Shown: positions 43,208-53,961, counted from the stretch's first letter. The stretch is 64,000 bases of DNA from Clostridia bacterium (GCA_017414535.1 JAFQMA010000044.1:53125-117124), one strand, 5' to 3'. The notes: generated by a model from the sequence alone, not told the origin. Numbers and translations are program-made.

Positions 43208-44353
43208 TTAGTCCTCAAAATAGGTCTTTTTGCGATTGTTCTGCAGGATACCGATGAGTGCATCGAGGTTCTCCTCATCCTTCACAAGCTCCTCCAACTC
43301 CTTCTGCTTCTCGGAGGAGATGGCTGCCTTCTGATCGGTGATAATGCTGATCTCATCAGCGGAGATACCCTTCTTCTCGATCTTTACGGTCTCGTGCTTT
43401 GCACCGAAATCGGTAGCGACCACGGTAACCTTGATCTCATCCTCCAGGCTTTCGTCAAAGGCGGCACCCCAGATGATGTTGGCATCGGGATGGCCCTGCT
43501 CACGGATCATGCTGGAAGCGATCTCAACCTCTTCAAATCCAATATCGGAGGAACCGGTAATGTTGATGATAATACCGCGAGCACCTGCGATGCTGGTCTC
43601 GAGCAGGGGGCTCTGGATAGCCATCTTCGCAGCGGCCTCAGCCTTGCCCTGACCCTTCGCACTACCAACACCCATGTGTGCAAGACCTGCATCCTTCATG
43701 ACGGTAGTAACGTCGGCAAAGTCAAGATTTACGATGCCGGGAACGTTGATCAGCTCGGAAATGGACTGAACGCCGTTTGCCAGAACGGAGTCGGCAATTT
43801 CAAATGCGTTGAGCAGAGTGATCTTCTTTTCGGAGACCATCTTCAGTCTCTCGTTGGGGATGACCACCAGAGAGTCAACAAACTCGGACAGAACCTTGAT
43901 ACCTTCCTCGGCCTGGTCCATTCTTCTTTTTCCTTCAAAAGCAAAGGGCTTGGTCACGATACCGATGGTGAGGATTCCCATTTCCTTTGCGATCTTAGCT
44001 ACGACGGGAGCCGCGCCGGTGCCGGTACCGCCGCCCATACCTGCCGTGATAAACACCATGTCTGCGCCCTGCAGAGCCTGAGTGATCTCCTCGGTAGATT
44101 CCTCAGCTGCCTGCTTACCGATGGCAGGGTTTGCGCCTGCGCCCTTGCCCTTGGTGGTTCTTTCACCGATGGCGATCTGCTTGGGGGCCTGCGTGCTGTT
44201 CAGGGTCATGCGGTCGGTATTCAGAGCAATAAAGTCAACCCCTCTGACGTTGGAAGCGATCATGCGCTTCACAGTGTTGTTTCCGCCGCCGCCAACACCT
44301 ACTACTTTAATGTTCACTACGCTTTCGTAGTTTGCATCCATTTCATAAGACAT
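43208..44353 (-). CDS. ftsZ: cell division protein FtsZ
   Basis: [15 protein letters not shown] and the tubulin signature [20 protein letters not shown] Shine-Dalgarno before ATG 44353. Confidence 0.97.
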   Translation of the reverse strand: MSYEMDANYESVVNIKVVGVGGGGNNTVKRMIASNVRGVDFIALNTDRMTLNSTQAPKQIAIGERTTKGKGAGANPAIGKQAAEESTEEITQALQGADMVFITAGMGGGTGTGAAPVVAKIAKEMGILTIGIVTKPFAFEGKRRMDQAEEGIKVLSEFVDSLVVIPNERLKMVSEKKITLLNAFEIADSVLANGVQSISELINVPGIVNLDFADVTTVMKDAGLAHMGVGSAKGQGKAEAAAKMAIQSPLLETSIAGARGIIINITGSSDIGFEEVEIASSMIREQGHPDANIIWGAAFDESLEDEIKVTVVATDFGAKHETVKIEKKGISADEISIITDQKAAISSEKQKELEELVKDEENLDALIGILQNNRKKTYFED

Positions 44354-44432
44354 TGCTGGATTCCTCCTCAATTTAAACTTCTTTCTATGATTCATGCCGA
44401 TTTGATGGCAGAGTAACATACTCTTAAATGTT

Positions 44433-44461
44433 ATTCTACTATTGTTTTGCAATAAATGCAA
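44433..44461 (-). promoter_or_regulatory. sigma-A type promoter directly upstream of ftsZ
   Basis: Minus strand: TTGCAT (44461..44456), 17-nt spacer, TAGAAT (44438..44433). Confidence 0.6.
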
Positions 44462-44512
44462 GTCTTTTTTTAAATTTTTTCTTTTTTTGACAAAAAAGCT
44501 TCACAATTACTC

Positions 44513-45283
44513 TTATTGGGGCACATCCAGCTTGACATATGCGTTATTGGGATCGGCAAGATCAATCCTCCCCGCGGCGGAGGAAGGCAGATCCTCCAGC
44601 ACGCCTTGCAGCATGGCAAGCTTGCCTGCAAGCTCACTACCGTCACCGATCAGCACGGTGAAGCGATCCTCCAGCGTAAGGCTGATATTGAATTTATCGC
44701 GCAGGTCAATGCTTCCGATCCGCTCCAGAAAGGATTCCTTTTTCAGAGCCTGCACAATAGAGGCAAGGCTATCCCTACCACCATCATCGAAGAAGGAAAG
44801 CTCCTCCCCCACGATACAGCGGGATACGTCGTCGGAATAAAGGCGGATGCGGCGAAGAGTGGAATCCTTCGATTCCTTGGAAACAACGCAAAGGGATTCG
44901 TTTACGGCAAAAAGCTCTTCTCCAAGGGTCAAGCTGAAAATACCGTGATCCTCCGTAAAACTGACGAGAACGGCATTGGGTAGATCAAAATCCACCACTA
45001 CGTTCACAAGATAGGGAAAATTCTCCTCTACAGACGCTTTTACGTCCTCTTTCGACACCTTATGCAAAGGAGTGCCTGTCGAAATACCGATCCTTTCCAA
45101 AATAGCATCAGCGGGGTAGAGTGCGGTCTCCTGCACGGTAACGGTCTTTACGACGAAGAAATGATTGGCCGCAAGGTAGCCCACTACTCCTAAAAGAGCC
45201 AGCACCAAAATGCTCAGGAGCACGATGCGCCGGATCACTTTCGACCGTTTCTTTTTGGCATAAATGCCTACTTCTGCATTCAT
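44513..45283 (-). CDS. ftsQ: cell division protein FtsQ/DivIB (POTRA domain)
   Basis: N-terminal TM helix, a POTRA-like FVVKTVTVQETALYPADAILERIGI, and its position between murG and ftsZ. Confidence 0.85.
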   Translation of the reverse strand: MNAEVGIYAKKKRSKVIRRIVLLSILVLALLGVVGYLAANHFFVVKTVTVQETALYPADAILERIGISTGTPLHKVSKEDVKASVEENFPYLVNVVVDFDLPNAVLVSFTEDHGIFSLTLGEELFAVNESLCVVSKESKDSTLRRIRLYSDDVSRCIVGEELSFFDDGGRDSLASIVQALKKESFLERIGSIDLRDKFNISLTLEDRFTVLIGDGSELAGKLAMLQGVLEDLPSSAAGRIDLADPNNAYVKLDVPQ

Positions 45284-45297
45284 GGTTTTATCCTTTG

Positions 45298-46407
45298 TTA
45301 TTTATTCCTTTTGGCCAGCGTCCAAACGTTCTTGCAGATCTCATCCAGCGCGTGGGGCAAGGCAAGCTTTGCCATGTTCTCGGACATGGTGCGGAGTGCG
45401 GCAGGGTCGGAAAGCAGGCTCTTTACCGCGGCCGTCAGCCCTTCGGGGGTCAGATCCTTTTCCTCCAGTAAAAGGGCAGCTCCCTTTTCCTTGAATACCA
45501 ACGCATTCTTGTACTGATGGTTATCCGTCACGTTGGGGCTGGGGATGAGAATGGCGGGCTTTTTCATCACGGCAAGCTCCGCCAGCGTGATGGCTCCGGC
45601 ACGGCAGACCACAAGATCCGCGGCACACATTTGTACGGGCATATCGAAGATGTAGTCCAAAAAGCGCACGTTTCCGAAGCGGCAGATACGCTCGGTCCTT
45701 TCGCGCTCCTCAAATTCGGGATAGTTTCTTACACCGAAGGCGTGGGTGTGGAAGATGGGGCTATGGCAGGCATAGTCTTTTGCCATGGCAAAGGCGGCCT
45801 CGTTGATCGCCCGTGCTCCGAGACTTCCGCCGTAGGAAAGCACAAAGGGGGCGGAAATGCCGAGCTTTGTGCGACAGGCGGCACGGGAGAGCTTTCCTAC
45901 CGAGGGATCTACGGGATTACCCGTCAGGCAGATCTTTTTCTTATCGCAGGGAAGGAGTGCCTCGGACTCCGCAAAGGAGGTACAGACCACGTCCACGGTT
46001 TTGGAAAGCTTTCTGGTGGTCAGGCCGGGCACGGCATTCTGCTCGTGAATGAGGGTGGGAATCCCCATTTTGGAGGCGGCGCGAAGAACGGGCCACGAAA
46101 CGTAGCCTCCCGTTCCAACCACCACGTCGGGACGGAATTCCTTCAAGATCTTCTTGGCCTCGCCCACACTTTTCAGAGCAAGATAGGCTACCTTGAGGTT
46201 TTCCGCCGTCAGCTTTCTGCGAAAGCCCATCACGTCAACGTGACGGATGGGAAAGCCCTCTTTTGCAACCAGCGCGTTTTCCATGCCGCGGGGGGTGCCG
46301 ACAAACAGGATCTGAGCATTCTTATCCTGCTCTAATATTTTTTTGGCAATGGAGATGGCGGGGTTGATGTGACCCGCCGTACCGCCGCCGGATAATACGA
46401 TCTTCAC
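45298..46407 (-). CDS. murG: UDP-N-acetylglucosamine--N-acetylmuramyl-(pentapeptide) pyrophosphoryl-undecaprenol GlcNAc transferase
   Basis: GGGTAGHINPAISIAK motif; dcw cluster context. Confidence 0.95.
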   Translation of the reverse strand: MKIVLSGGGTAGHINPAISIAKKILEQDKNAQILFVGTPRGMENALVAKEGFPIRHVDVMGFRRKLTAENLKVAYLALKSVGEAKKILKEFRPDVVVGTGGYVSWPVLRAASKMGIPTLIHEQNAVPGLTTRKLSKTVDVVCTSFAESEALLPCDKKKICLTGNPVDPSVGKLSRAACRTKLGISAPFVLSYGGSLGARAINEAAFAMAKDYACHSPIFHTHAFGVRNYPEFEERERTERICRFGNVRFLDYIFDMPVQMCAADLVVCRAGAITLAELAVMKKPAILIPSPNVTDNHQYKNALVFKEKGAALLLEEKDLTPEGLTAAVKSLLSDPAALRTMSENMAKLALPHALDEICKNVWTLAKRNK

Positions 46408-46423
46408 TGTGATTCCTCCGACC

Positions 46424-47629
46424 TTATGTTTTTTCCATATAGGAATATTTCGATACGTTTAATACGACACCCATTTCAGCCATAAATATAAGCAGCGACG
46501 ACCCGCCGTAGCTGAAGAAGGGCAAGGATACGCCCGTGCTGGGCAAGGTTCCCGTTACCACGCCGATATTGAGAAACACCTGCAGGCCGATCTGGATGAT
46601 GATTCCCATGACCAGGAGGGACGAAAACTTACTGGGAGCGTTTTTGGCGATGCGGAAGCCTCGCCAGATGAGAAGCACGAACAGTGCGATCACAGCAATA
46701 GCGAAAACAAATCCCATTTCCTCGCAGATAATGGCAAAAATATAGTCGTTCTGCGGCTCGGGCAGATATAGATGCTTTTGCTTGGATTGACCGAGACCTA
46801 CGCCCCAGAGACCGCCGGAGCCGATGGCATAGAGGCTTTGCAACGGCTGCCAGCCGGCACCCTGCGGATCCAGCTCGGGATGGAGCCAGTTGTCGATTCG
46901 ACTTTGACCGTGACTGGTAAAGAGGATCAGCATGAGCATGGCCGCGCCACCGACGCCTAAAAGGCCCGTCAAATAGCCCGTTTTAACGCCACCCAGATAC
47001 ATCAGCGCGAAAATGATGGCAAAAATGATGATCATGGCGGAAAGGTGGGGCTGCTTATAGAGCGGAAGACCGATCATCAGCACCAGTGCACCAAAGGGCA
47101 AAATACCATATCGGATGGAGCGGATCTTATCCCTTCCCTTGGCCTCCAGCCATACCAGATATGCCGAGACCAAAAGGATCGTGGAGAACTTGACGATCTC
47201 CGAGGGCTGAACACTCATAGGGCCTACGTAGATCCAGCGCTTGGCGCCGTTAATGTCCTCCGCGAAGAAGAACACGAACCAAAGCAGGATATAGGAGGCG
47301 ATGAAGATCGGCAGTGCAAATTTCTTCAGCCAAAGATAGTCGGCAAAATAGGCCACGCCAAAAATCACGAATATGGCAGCCACCACCCAGCCGATCTGCT
47401 TTTCGATAAAGAAATAGCTGTCGCCGTAATTATATTTGGCGTAAACGTAACTGGAGGAGAAAACGAAGGTGGTACCGATAGCCAGAAGAAGCATTACCAG
47501 CACCGCAAAGGGCCAGTCAATGCCGGAGCGCAGACGCTGAACACTGCCGCTTCGACGGCGAAAAGACAAAACGGACTTTTTTTCCTTCACCGGGCGAATG
47601 GCTTCCTTTTCGCTTTTCATTTTGCTCAC
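46424..47629 (-). CDS. ftsW: SEDS-family peptidoglycan glycosyltransferase FtsW/SpoVE
   Basis: Polytopic membrane protein with PEPQNDYIFA and LPFFSYGGSS SEDS motifs. Lies between mraY and murG. Confidence 0.9.
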   Translation of the reverse strand: MSKMKSEKEAIRPVKEKKSVLSFRRRSGSVQRLRSGIDWPFAVLVMLLLAIGTTFVFSSSYVYAKYNYGDSYFFIEKQIGWVVAAIFVIFGVAYFADYLWLKKFALPIFIASYILLWFVFFFAEDINGAKRWIYVGPMSVQPSEIVKFSTILLVSAYLVWLEAKGRDKIRSIRYGILPFGALVLMIGLPLYKQPHLSAMIIIFAIIFALMYLGGVKTGYLTGLLGVGGAAMLMLILFTSHGQSRIDNWLHPELDPQGAGWQPLQSLYAIGSGGLWGVGLGQSKQKHLYLPEPQNDYIFAIICEEMGFVFAIAVIALFVLLIWRGFRIAKNAPSKFSSLLVMGIIIQIGLQVFLNIGVVTGTLPSTGVSLPFFSYGGSSLLIFMAEMGVVLNVSKYSYMEKT

Positions 47630-47660
47630 GGTAACCTCCTTTCGTTATTTGTTGTCTCTT

Positions 47661-48638
47661 TTAAAAGAATGCAATAAAGCCTGCCGCACAGAGCACGGCA
47701 GTAATAAGAGAAAAGACTGCCACGATGCGATTTTCCCTCCAACCGCCCATTTCCAGATGATGGTGGAAGGGTGCCATGCGAAAGACTCTTTTTTTCGTCA
47801 GCTTATAGCAAAGGACCTGGATCACGACGCTGAGGGCCTCCCACAGATAGATAAAGCCCACCACGGCGATGAGCAAGGGCATATCCAACCAAAAGCCCAT
47901 GCCTGCTACGGCGCCGCCCAAAAAGAGCGAGCCCGTATCGACCATAAAAATACGAGCGGGGTGAAAATTATAGATCAAAAAGCCCACCATACCGCCGCAA
48001 ACGGAGGCGGAGATAATTCCTTGACCGAGGTTGAGAAGCTTTGCAGACAGGGCGGCAAAAAACAGAAAGACCACCAGAGTAACGCCGGAGGCTAAGCCGT
48101 CGATGCCATCTGTGATATTCACAGCGTTGACCATATAAACCAAGAACAGTAAGGCAAGCACCCAATAAAAGGCACCCAGCTCCAGACGAAAATCGGTAAA
48201 GGGGAGGGCGAGCGATGTGGTAAGGCTATCGCGGGCAGCGAAGAGAAAGGCTCCCGCAATGGCAAATTGGAGCACCAGCTTTTGCATGGCGGAAAGGCCC
48301 TTATTTCTCTTTTTGACAAACTTGACAAAATCGTCAATAAAGCCCACGGCACCGAAAAGAAGCATCATACAAAGGATCTTTACGGGCATCAGATCACCCG
48401 TGCGGATCACGTTCGGCAGGCAGAAGGCCAAAAAGGCAACTGTGATACCGCCCATAAAGAAGAGACCGCCCATGGTAGGTGTTCCTTCCTTATTTTTATG
48501 CCAGCGGGGACCGATCTCCAGGATGGTCTGCCCCATTTTGATGCGCATCAGGTATGGGATGAATTTCTTTTCAAGCAGATAGGTTGTCAAAAGAGCCAAG
48601 AGAAAGGCCCCAAGCATGAACAAAAGCTGTGACTTCAT
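47661..48638 (-). CDS. mraY: phospho-N-acetylmuramoyl-pentapeptide transferase
   Basis: KNKEGTPTMGG, NAVNITDGIDGLA and APFHHHLE motifs. Confidence 0.96.
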   Translation of the reverse strand: MKSQLLFMLGAFLLALLTTYLLEKKFIPYLMRIKMGQTILEIGPRWHKNKEGTPTMGGLFFMGGITVAFLAFCLPNVIRTGDLMPVKILCMMLLFGAVGFIDDFVKFVKKRNKGLSAMQKLVLQFAIAGAFLFAARDSLTTSLALPFTDFRLELGAFYWVLALLFLVYMVNAVNITDGIDGLASGVTLVVFLFFAALSAKLLNLGQGIISASVCGGMVGFLIYNFHPARIFMVDTGSLFLGGAVAGMGFWLDMPLLIAVVGFIYLWEALSVVIQVLCYKLTKKRVFRMAPFHHHLEMGGWRENRIVAVFSLITAVLCAAGFIAFF

Positions 48639-48641
48639 TTT

Positions 48642-50009
48642 TTACTCTTCCAAGCCGCAAAGGGCTATTACTTCTTCTAATTTCATTTTTCTGCTGGCCT
48701 TAAATAGAATCGTATCTCCTTCGCGAAGCTGACTTAAAATCGCTTCCGACAGAACCTTGGGATCCAGCGTATGGAAAGCGTTTTCCTTGGGCATCCCCTC
48801 CTCCACGGCACCCAGCATGGTATGGTAGCTGACCTTACCGTAGGAAAAGAGCAGATCCGCACCGAGGCGGGTTGACAGAGATCCCACCTTGCGGTGCGCC
48901 GTCTCGGACAAACATCCCAGCTCCAGCATATCACCCAGCACCGCCAGCTTTCTTCCCTCGGCGCCTTCCAGCACCTTGAGAGCGGCCTGCATGGATTCGG
49001 GTGAGGCATTATAGCAGTCCGCAATGACGCGGATGCCGTTTTTTACGTAGATGCGCTGGCGCAGTCCCGTGGGGGAATAGGCCAGAAGACCGGTGATGAT
49101 ATGATCCTCGCTGACCCCGCAGGCAAGGCCTACGGCGGCGGCAAAGAGAGCGTTTTTAATGAAGTGGTCGCCGAGAGCGGGCAGGGTCACGCGGAATTCC
49201 TTTTCGCCTGCCACCACGTCGAAGGAAAGATGATCGTTTCCTTTGTAAATATCCATGGGATACACGTCGTTTTCCGTATGGAAGCCGACGTAGATCACGC
49301 GGTGATCCTCAAAGAGTGCTTTAGCCTCTTGGGTGCGAAGAAGAGGCTCGTCACCGTCCAGCACCAGCACACTTCCCTTCTCCATGCCGCGCAGGATCTC
49401 CAGCTTTGCTTCGGCAATGGCCTCGCGGGAGCCGAGGTTTTCCATATGAGAGGTACCGATATTGGTGATTACGGCAACGTTGGGACGGACAAGTCCGGAA
49501 AGATACTCGATCTCGCCCTTATCGCTCATGCCCATTTCACAAACCAGCGCTTCGGTCCCCTCTTCAATGCGGATGAGAGTAATAGGAACACCGATGTGAT
49601 TGTTCAGGTTGCCTGAAGTGCAGTGAGTCTTGAATTTTCCCTTTAAAACGGAGGCGATCAGATCCTTGGTGGTGGTCTTGCCTACGGAGCCCGTAACACC
49701 TACGGTGTAGAGGGGGGAAACCTTCTTTTTCCAATAAGCGGACAAAGCACCCAGCGCCTGCAGGGTATCCTTCACCTTGACACCCGAAAAATCGGGAGCA
49801 TCCTCCTCGGTCAGAACGGCGGCGCACCTTCCCCTCAGGGTGGGGATAAAATCGTGACCGTCGAAGCGCTCGCCGCGCAGAGCAACGAACAACTCCCCTT
49901 CCTCCGTTTTGCGGGAATCGGTGCTGATGCCTGCCACGAGAATGGCGGGGTCACCGAATACCGTACCGTCAACGGCACGGGCAATTTCAGCAAGTGTCAT
50001 GGTCATCAT
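48642..50009 (-). CDS. murF: UDP-N-acetylmuramoyl-tripeptide--D-alanyl-D-alanine ligase
   Basis: GVTGSVGKTTTKD P-loop, Mur ligase architecture, and position after murE. Confidence 0.93.
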   Translation of the reverse strand: MMTMTLAEIARAVDGTVFGDPAILVAGISTDSRKTEEGELFVALRGERFDGHDFIPTLRGRCAAVLTEEDAPDFSGVKVKDTLQALGALSAYWKKKVSPLYTVGVTGSVGKTTTKDLIASVLKGKFKTHCTSGNLNNHIGVPITLIRIEEGTEALVCEMGMSDKGEIEYLSGLVRPNVAVITNIGTSHMENLGSREAIAEAKLEILRGMEKGSVLVLDGDEPLLRTQEAKALFEDHRVIYVGFHTENDVYPMDIYKGNDHLSFDVVAGEKEFRVTLPALGDHFIKNALFAAAVGLACGVSEDHIITGLLAYSPTGLRQRIYVKNGIRVIADCYNASPESMQAALKVLEGAEGRKLAVLGDMLELGCLSETAHRKVGSLSTRLGADLLFSYGKVSYHTMLGAVEEGMPKENAFHTLDPKVLSEAILSQLREGDTILFKASRKMKLEEVIALCGLEE

Positions 50010-51472
50010 AGCTTCTTCTCTCCGATATATTCGAGAACGATGGCTTTTTCGGAATAGTCGTGCTTTCCGTTTTCGTCGATCTCGTATTCCTCGTGGCCCT
50101 TTCCTGCAAGAAGGATCACGTCGCCCTCACGGGCCTCGTCAATGGCAAAGCGAATGGCCGCGGTGCGGTCGGTAATGGAAACAAGAGGCGTTTTCGTCCC
50201 CTCCGTTCCCACTAAAATATCACGGATGATATCCTCTTTTTTCTCCGTACGTGAGTTGTCGGAGGTAATAATCACAAAATCGCTCAGTCGGCAGGCGATC
50301 TCGCCCATGATGGGCCTTTTGGTCTTATCGCGGTCGCCTCCGCAACCGAAGAGCACCATCAGACGACCCTCGGTAAAGCTGCGCAGGGTCTTTATGATAT
50401 TCTCCAGTGCGTCGGGGGTATGAGCAAAATCAATGAAAACGGAGAAGGGCGTATCCGTGGGGATGCGTTCGATCCTTCCCTTGACGCCCGCCATGTGAGC
50501 GAGGGCCTCCTTGGCTGTTTTCACGGGGATGCCGCAAAGGCTTGCGCCTCCAAGGGCGCAAAGAGCGTTGCTGATATTGAAAAGACCGGGGAGCGGAAGG
50601 CTGATCTCCTCCTTACCCTCGGGGCTCTCCAGCTCAAAGCAAAGGCCGTGAGGCGTGTGGGAAAGGATCCTCCCTGCTTTGAAATGAGCCGCCTTTTCGG
50701 AAGAAAAGCTGAACACCTCGGAGCGAACGTCCTCGGTAATGGCTTCAAAGGCGGGATCGTCCTTGTTGAAGAGGCCCTTTTCCGCCGTCTTGAAGAGAAG
50801 CTTCTTGGCCTGCAGATATTCCTCCATGGTTTGGTGGAAATCAATATGATCTCGAGTCAGATTCGTAAAGATGCCGACGTGAAAGGGAATGCCCGCCAGC
50901 TTTTGGAAAGCAAGAGCGTGACTGCTGGTCTCCATGATGACCGTATCAACGCCCTTTTCCCGCATGGCACAAAAGAGCTCGAAGAGCAGTTCGGGATCCG
51001 GCGTGGTCAGGAAGGCTGCCTTTTGATCCACCTGAAACTCCTCGTCCAGCACCAGATACTTGGTCGTGCCGATGAGGCCGGTTTTATGACCCGCATGGTC
51101 AAAAATTGCCTTGAGCATAAAGGAGGTGGTGGTCTTTCCGTTAGTACCCGTAATGCCGATGATGCGGTCAAAGCTTCTTTCGGGATGACCGTAGAGATTG
51201 GATAGAAGTCGAGGCAGAGCGTCGCGGGTATCCTCCATCAAAACGTAGGGAATCTTTTCCTTCGGAGCCTCGTAGGTGACAACTGCCGCGGCACCTCGCT
51301 CCAGCGCAGAAGGAATGAAGCTCGTGCCGTCCACCCTCGTACCCTTCAGGCAAACGAAAACGTCGCCCTGTCGGAGCTTTCTTGAGTCAGACGTGACAGA
51401 TCGGATCTCAAGGGAAAGATCCGCACGGATCTCCCGTGTATCGAGATCCTTTAACAGGTCGCACAGCTTCAT
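50006..51472 (-). CDS. murE: UDP-N-acetylmuramoyl-L-alanyl-D-glutamate--2,6-diaminopimelate ligase
   Basis: GITGTNGKTTT P-loop and a C-terminal DNSRTE (DNPR-like) motif typical of DAP-adding MurE. Confidence 0.92.
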   Translation of the reverse strand: MKLCDLLKDLDTREIRADLSLEIRSVTSDSRKLRQGDVFVCLKGTRVDGTSFIPSALERGAAAVVTYEAPKEKIPYVLMEDTRDALPRLLSNLYGHPERSFDRIIGITGTNGKTTTSFMLKAIFDHAGHKTGLIGTTKYLVLDEEFQVDQKAAFLTTPDPELLFELFCAMREKGVDTVIMETSSHALAFQKLAGIPFHVGIFTNLTRDHIDFHQTMEEYLQAKKLLFKTAEKGLFNKDDPAFEAITEDVRSEVFSFSSEKAAHFKAGRILSHTPHGLCFELESPEGKEEISLPLPGLFNISNALCALGGASLCGIPVKTAKEALAHMAGVKGRIERIPTDTPFSVFIDFAHTPDALENIIKTLRSFTEGRLMVLFGCGGDRDKTKRPIMGEIACRLSDFVIITSDNSRTEKKEDIIRDILVGTEGTKTPLVSITDRTAAIRFAIDEAREGDVILLAGKGHEEYEIDENGKHDYSEKAIVLEYIGEKKL

Positions 51473-51489
51473 GGCTTCCTCCTTAAATC

Positions 51490-53841
51490 TTAGTCGGTGA
51501 CACCCTCGTAATGTCGGAATTCAACGGTGATCACAGTACCCGGCAGGACCTGCTCGCCTGCGGCAATGCTTTGTTTGATGGCAACGGCGCCCGTAGCACT
51601 TTCCATGGTACCGGTAGAAAATTCAATATTCAATCCCGCGTTTAAAATGGCGCGGTTGGCATTTTTTGCCGACATACCCACAACGTTGGGCACGGTGGCG
51701 GTGGGAGCGTTGAGCCCCTCCTCGGTGTAGAGCAGAACCTTGCCGCCATGACCCAGCTGAACGCCTGCGGCGGGAGACTGGGAAACGACGTTGGTTCCGT
51801 TTCCGACGATCTGCACCTCGTATCCCTTGCCCTGCAGATTGCTGGCGGCAAAGGTAGCGGTCTTGCCGCTGTAATCGGAGAGCACGCTGCCGATGGCGGC
51901 AAGCTCATCCTCGGTATATTCGGGATCCACGCCGAGATACGGCAGCACCTCGCCCAGGATCTTGGCAACGTAAGGCGCGGCCACCACGGAGCCGTAGTAG
52001 CTGCCCACGGGTTCGTCCACAATAAAGATCACCGCAACCTCGGGCTTATCGGCAGGCGCAAAGGCCACACAGGAGCCCACGTAAAGCTTTTCCGGCTCCT
52101 CCTCACCCTCGGCCACAGGCTTTTCGGGCTTGGTGGAGGTACCGGTCTTGGCTGCTACCTTATAGCCGGGTACAGCGGCATTTTTATTACCGCCGTCCTC
52201 TACGGAGCGGTACAGGTATTCCCAAAGGACCTCGCAGTTTTCCGTGGAGATGACCTGACGGGCGGCTTCGCTTTCATAGTTCTGTACTACGTTGCCGGAG
52301 GCGTCAACGGTTGCCTTCAAAACGTGAGGAGTAACAAGGTAGCCGCCGTTGGCCACGGCACAGATGGCGCGAAGATGGGAAATGGGGGTCACGGTAAAGT
52401 TCTCACCGAAGGCGGCAACGGCCGCGTCAACGGAGGAATAGGTATCCATATTAAAGAAGAGGTTTTTTGCTTCGCCGTAGATATCCACGCCCGTGGTCTC
52501 GGTATAGCCGAAGGCCTTGTAATACTTATAAAGATTATCCTTACCGAGGCGCTGGCTCATTTCCACGAAGAAGGGGTTGCAGGAATAACCCAAGGCGCCC
52601 TCAAAGTTGAGCACGCCGTGTCCGCTGAGCTTATGACAGTGAATGGGCTGTGAGAGACCGGGAATGCGGATCCAGCCTCTGCAACGGAAGGTCTCCCCTG
52701 CGCTGACCAGATTCTCCTCCAGCACCATGGCGGAGCTGATGATCTTAAAGGTGGAGCCGGGCTCGTAAAGCTCGGTCACGCTTTTATTTTTCCAAAGCTC
52801 GTTGAGGAGATCCACCTTGTAGCGAGTCTTCTCCTCCTCGGTGCCGCCGAAGGCATCCAACAGAGCCTGAGAGGCGGCATCCAGCGTGTAGGGATCGTTC
52901 AAATCAAAATCGGGCGCTGTGGCCATGGCAAGGATGTCAGCAGTGTTAACATCCATAACAATGCCGCAGACACGCTTACGGGCCTGAGTATCGGCCAATG
53001 CTTCCTTCAGATATTTTTCCAGAATGCCCTGTACGGTCCAATCCACCGTCAGCATGATATCAGAGCCGTCCACGGCATCGATATAGCTTTCGTATTTGGT
53101 GCTCATATCGTTACCGCCTGCATCCTTGGCGGCGACGATCTTGCCGTCTCGACCGGTGAGCAGCTCGTTATAATAGGCCTCAACACCGGAAAGACCGTAG
53201 CCGTCGGTGCCGCAGAAGCCAATGATATGGCTGGCCAGGGAGCCGTTGGGATAATAGCGCTTGGCTTCCTCGGAGAAATGGATAAATCTGCCGTACTTTT
53301 TATTGGCGACCATTTCCTTGATCTTGGCGGTGAGCTCAAGCTCCACCTGCTTTTTAATGGTCTCGTCGGCACGGTGGGTCTTGGCGAGCTTTTCCAGAAC
53401 GAAACTTTCCTCTACCTCAAGGAAACCGGCAAGCTCCCTTGCAATATCCTGTCCCACGGTGACGGAGGTATTTTCATAGAGAGACAAGAGACGGGCGCGC
53501 TCTGCCTTTTGCTGCTCGCTGTCCTTGATCTCTGCCACACAGCTTTCAACGTACGCGGACACGGTCAGATTGGGGACGGTATTGGGAGAGACGAACACGC
53601 GCTCCACGGTAGTGCTGGTAGCCAGGATCTTCCGATTGCAATCAAAAATGGTACCGCGCTTGGCACGGATGACTGTTTCCTTGGTATACTGATTGACCGT
53701 ATCGGACTGATACTTTTCGAAATTGATGATCTGAATATAGAAGAGACGAACGGCCAGAACCAACGCACAAAGAAGAAACAGGATCAAAACGAAATTGCAA
53801 CGCTTGTTGAGCTTGAGTCTGCCGGGCTGAAGCGGATCCAT
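51490..53841 (-). CDS. class B penicillin-binding protein with two PASTA domains (SpoVD/PBP2B-like)
   Basis: SxxK (GSTFKI) and KTGT (AAKTGTS) motifs. Two C-terminal PASTA-like repeats (DYSGKTATFAASNLQGKGYEV; VPNVVGMSAKNANRAILNAGL). Confidence 0.92.
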   Translation of the reverse strand: MDPLQPGRLKLNKRCNFVLILFLLCALVLAVRLFYIQIINFEKYQSDTVNQYTKETVIRAKRGTIFDCNRKILATSTTVERVFVSPNTVPNLTVSAYVESCVAEIKDSEQQKAERARLLSLYENTSVTVGQDIARELAGFLEVEESFVLEKLAKTHRADETIKKQVELELTAKIKEMVANKKYGRFIHFSEEAKRYYPNGSLASHIIGFCGTDGYGLSGVEAYYNELLTGRDGKIVAAKDAGGNDMSTKYESYIDAVDGSDIMLTVDWTVQGILEKYLKEALADTQARKRVCGIVMDVNTADILAMATAPDFDLNDPYTLDAASQALLDAFGGTEEEKTRYKVDLLNELWKNKSVTELYEPGSTFKIISSAMVLEENLVSAGETFRCRGWIRIPGLSQPIHCHKLSGHGVLNFEGALGYSCNPFFVEMSQRLGKDNLYKYYKAFGYTETTGVDIYGEAKNLFFNMDTYSSVDAAVAAFGENFTVTPISHLRAICAVANGGYLVTPHVLKATVDASGNVVQNYESEAARQVISTENCEVLWEYLYRSVEDGGNKNAAVPGYKVAAKTGTSTKPEKPVAEGEEEPEKLYVGSCVAFAPADKPEVAVIFIVDEPVGSYYGSVVAAPYVAKILGEVLPYLGVDPEYTEDELAAIGSVLSDYSGKTATFAASNLQGKGYEVQIVGNGTNVVSQSPAAGVQLGHGGKVLLYTEEGLNAPTATVPNVVGMSAKNANRAILNAGLNIEFSTGTMESATGAVAIKQSIAAGEQVLPGTVITVEFRHYEGVTD

Positions 53842-53861
53842 CCTTTTTCTCCTTTCATCGT

Positions 53862-53890
53862 AGCATAAGGCATGTGGGCTATATTGTCAA
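53862..53890 (-). promoter_or_regulatory. sigma-A type promoter internal to the dcw cluster, upstream of the PBP gene
   Basis: Minus strand: TTGACA (53890..53885), 17-nt spacer, TATGCT (53867..53862). Confidence 0.55.
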
Positions 53891-53915
53891 AAAGAGTAAA
53901 GGCACTCCTTTACTC
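53889..53915 (-). terminator. terminator-like hairpin after ftsL
   Basis: Minus strand GAGTAAAGG-agtg-CCTTTACTC followed by TTTTT; the T-run merges into the -35 of the next promoter. Confidence 0.55.
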
Positions 53916-53961
53916 GTTTTGACCGCTCCTCTTAAATAAATCTATTCCCGCGGTTGTGGGA

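Noticed and set aside
43394-52653. Plus-strand ORFs inside the dcw cluster: 43394..44416, 45517..46335, 47045..47677, 49101..49616, 50420..51205 and 51748..52653.
   Set aside because: Each is antisense to an unambiguous housekeeping gene (ftsZ, murG, ftsW, murF, murE, PBP). Shadow ORFs.
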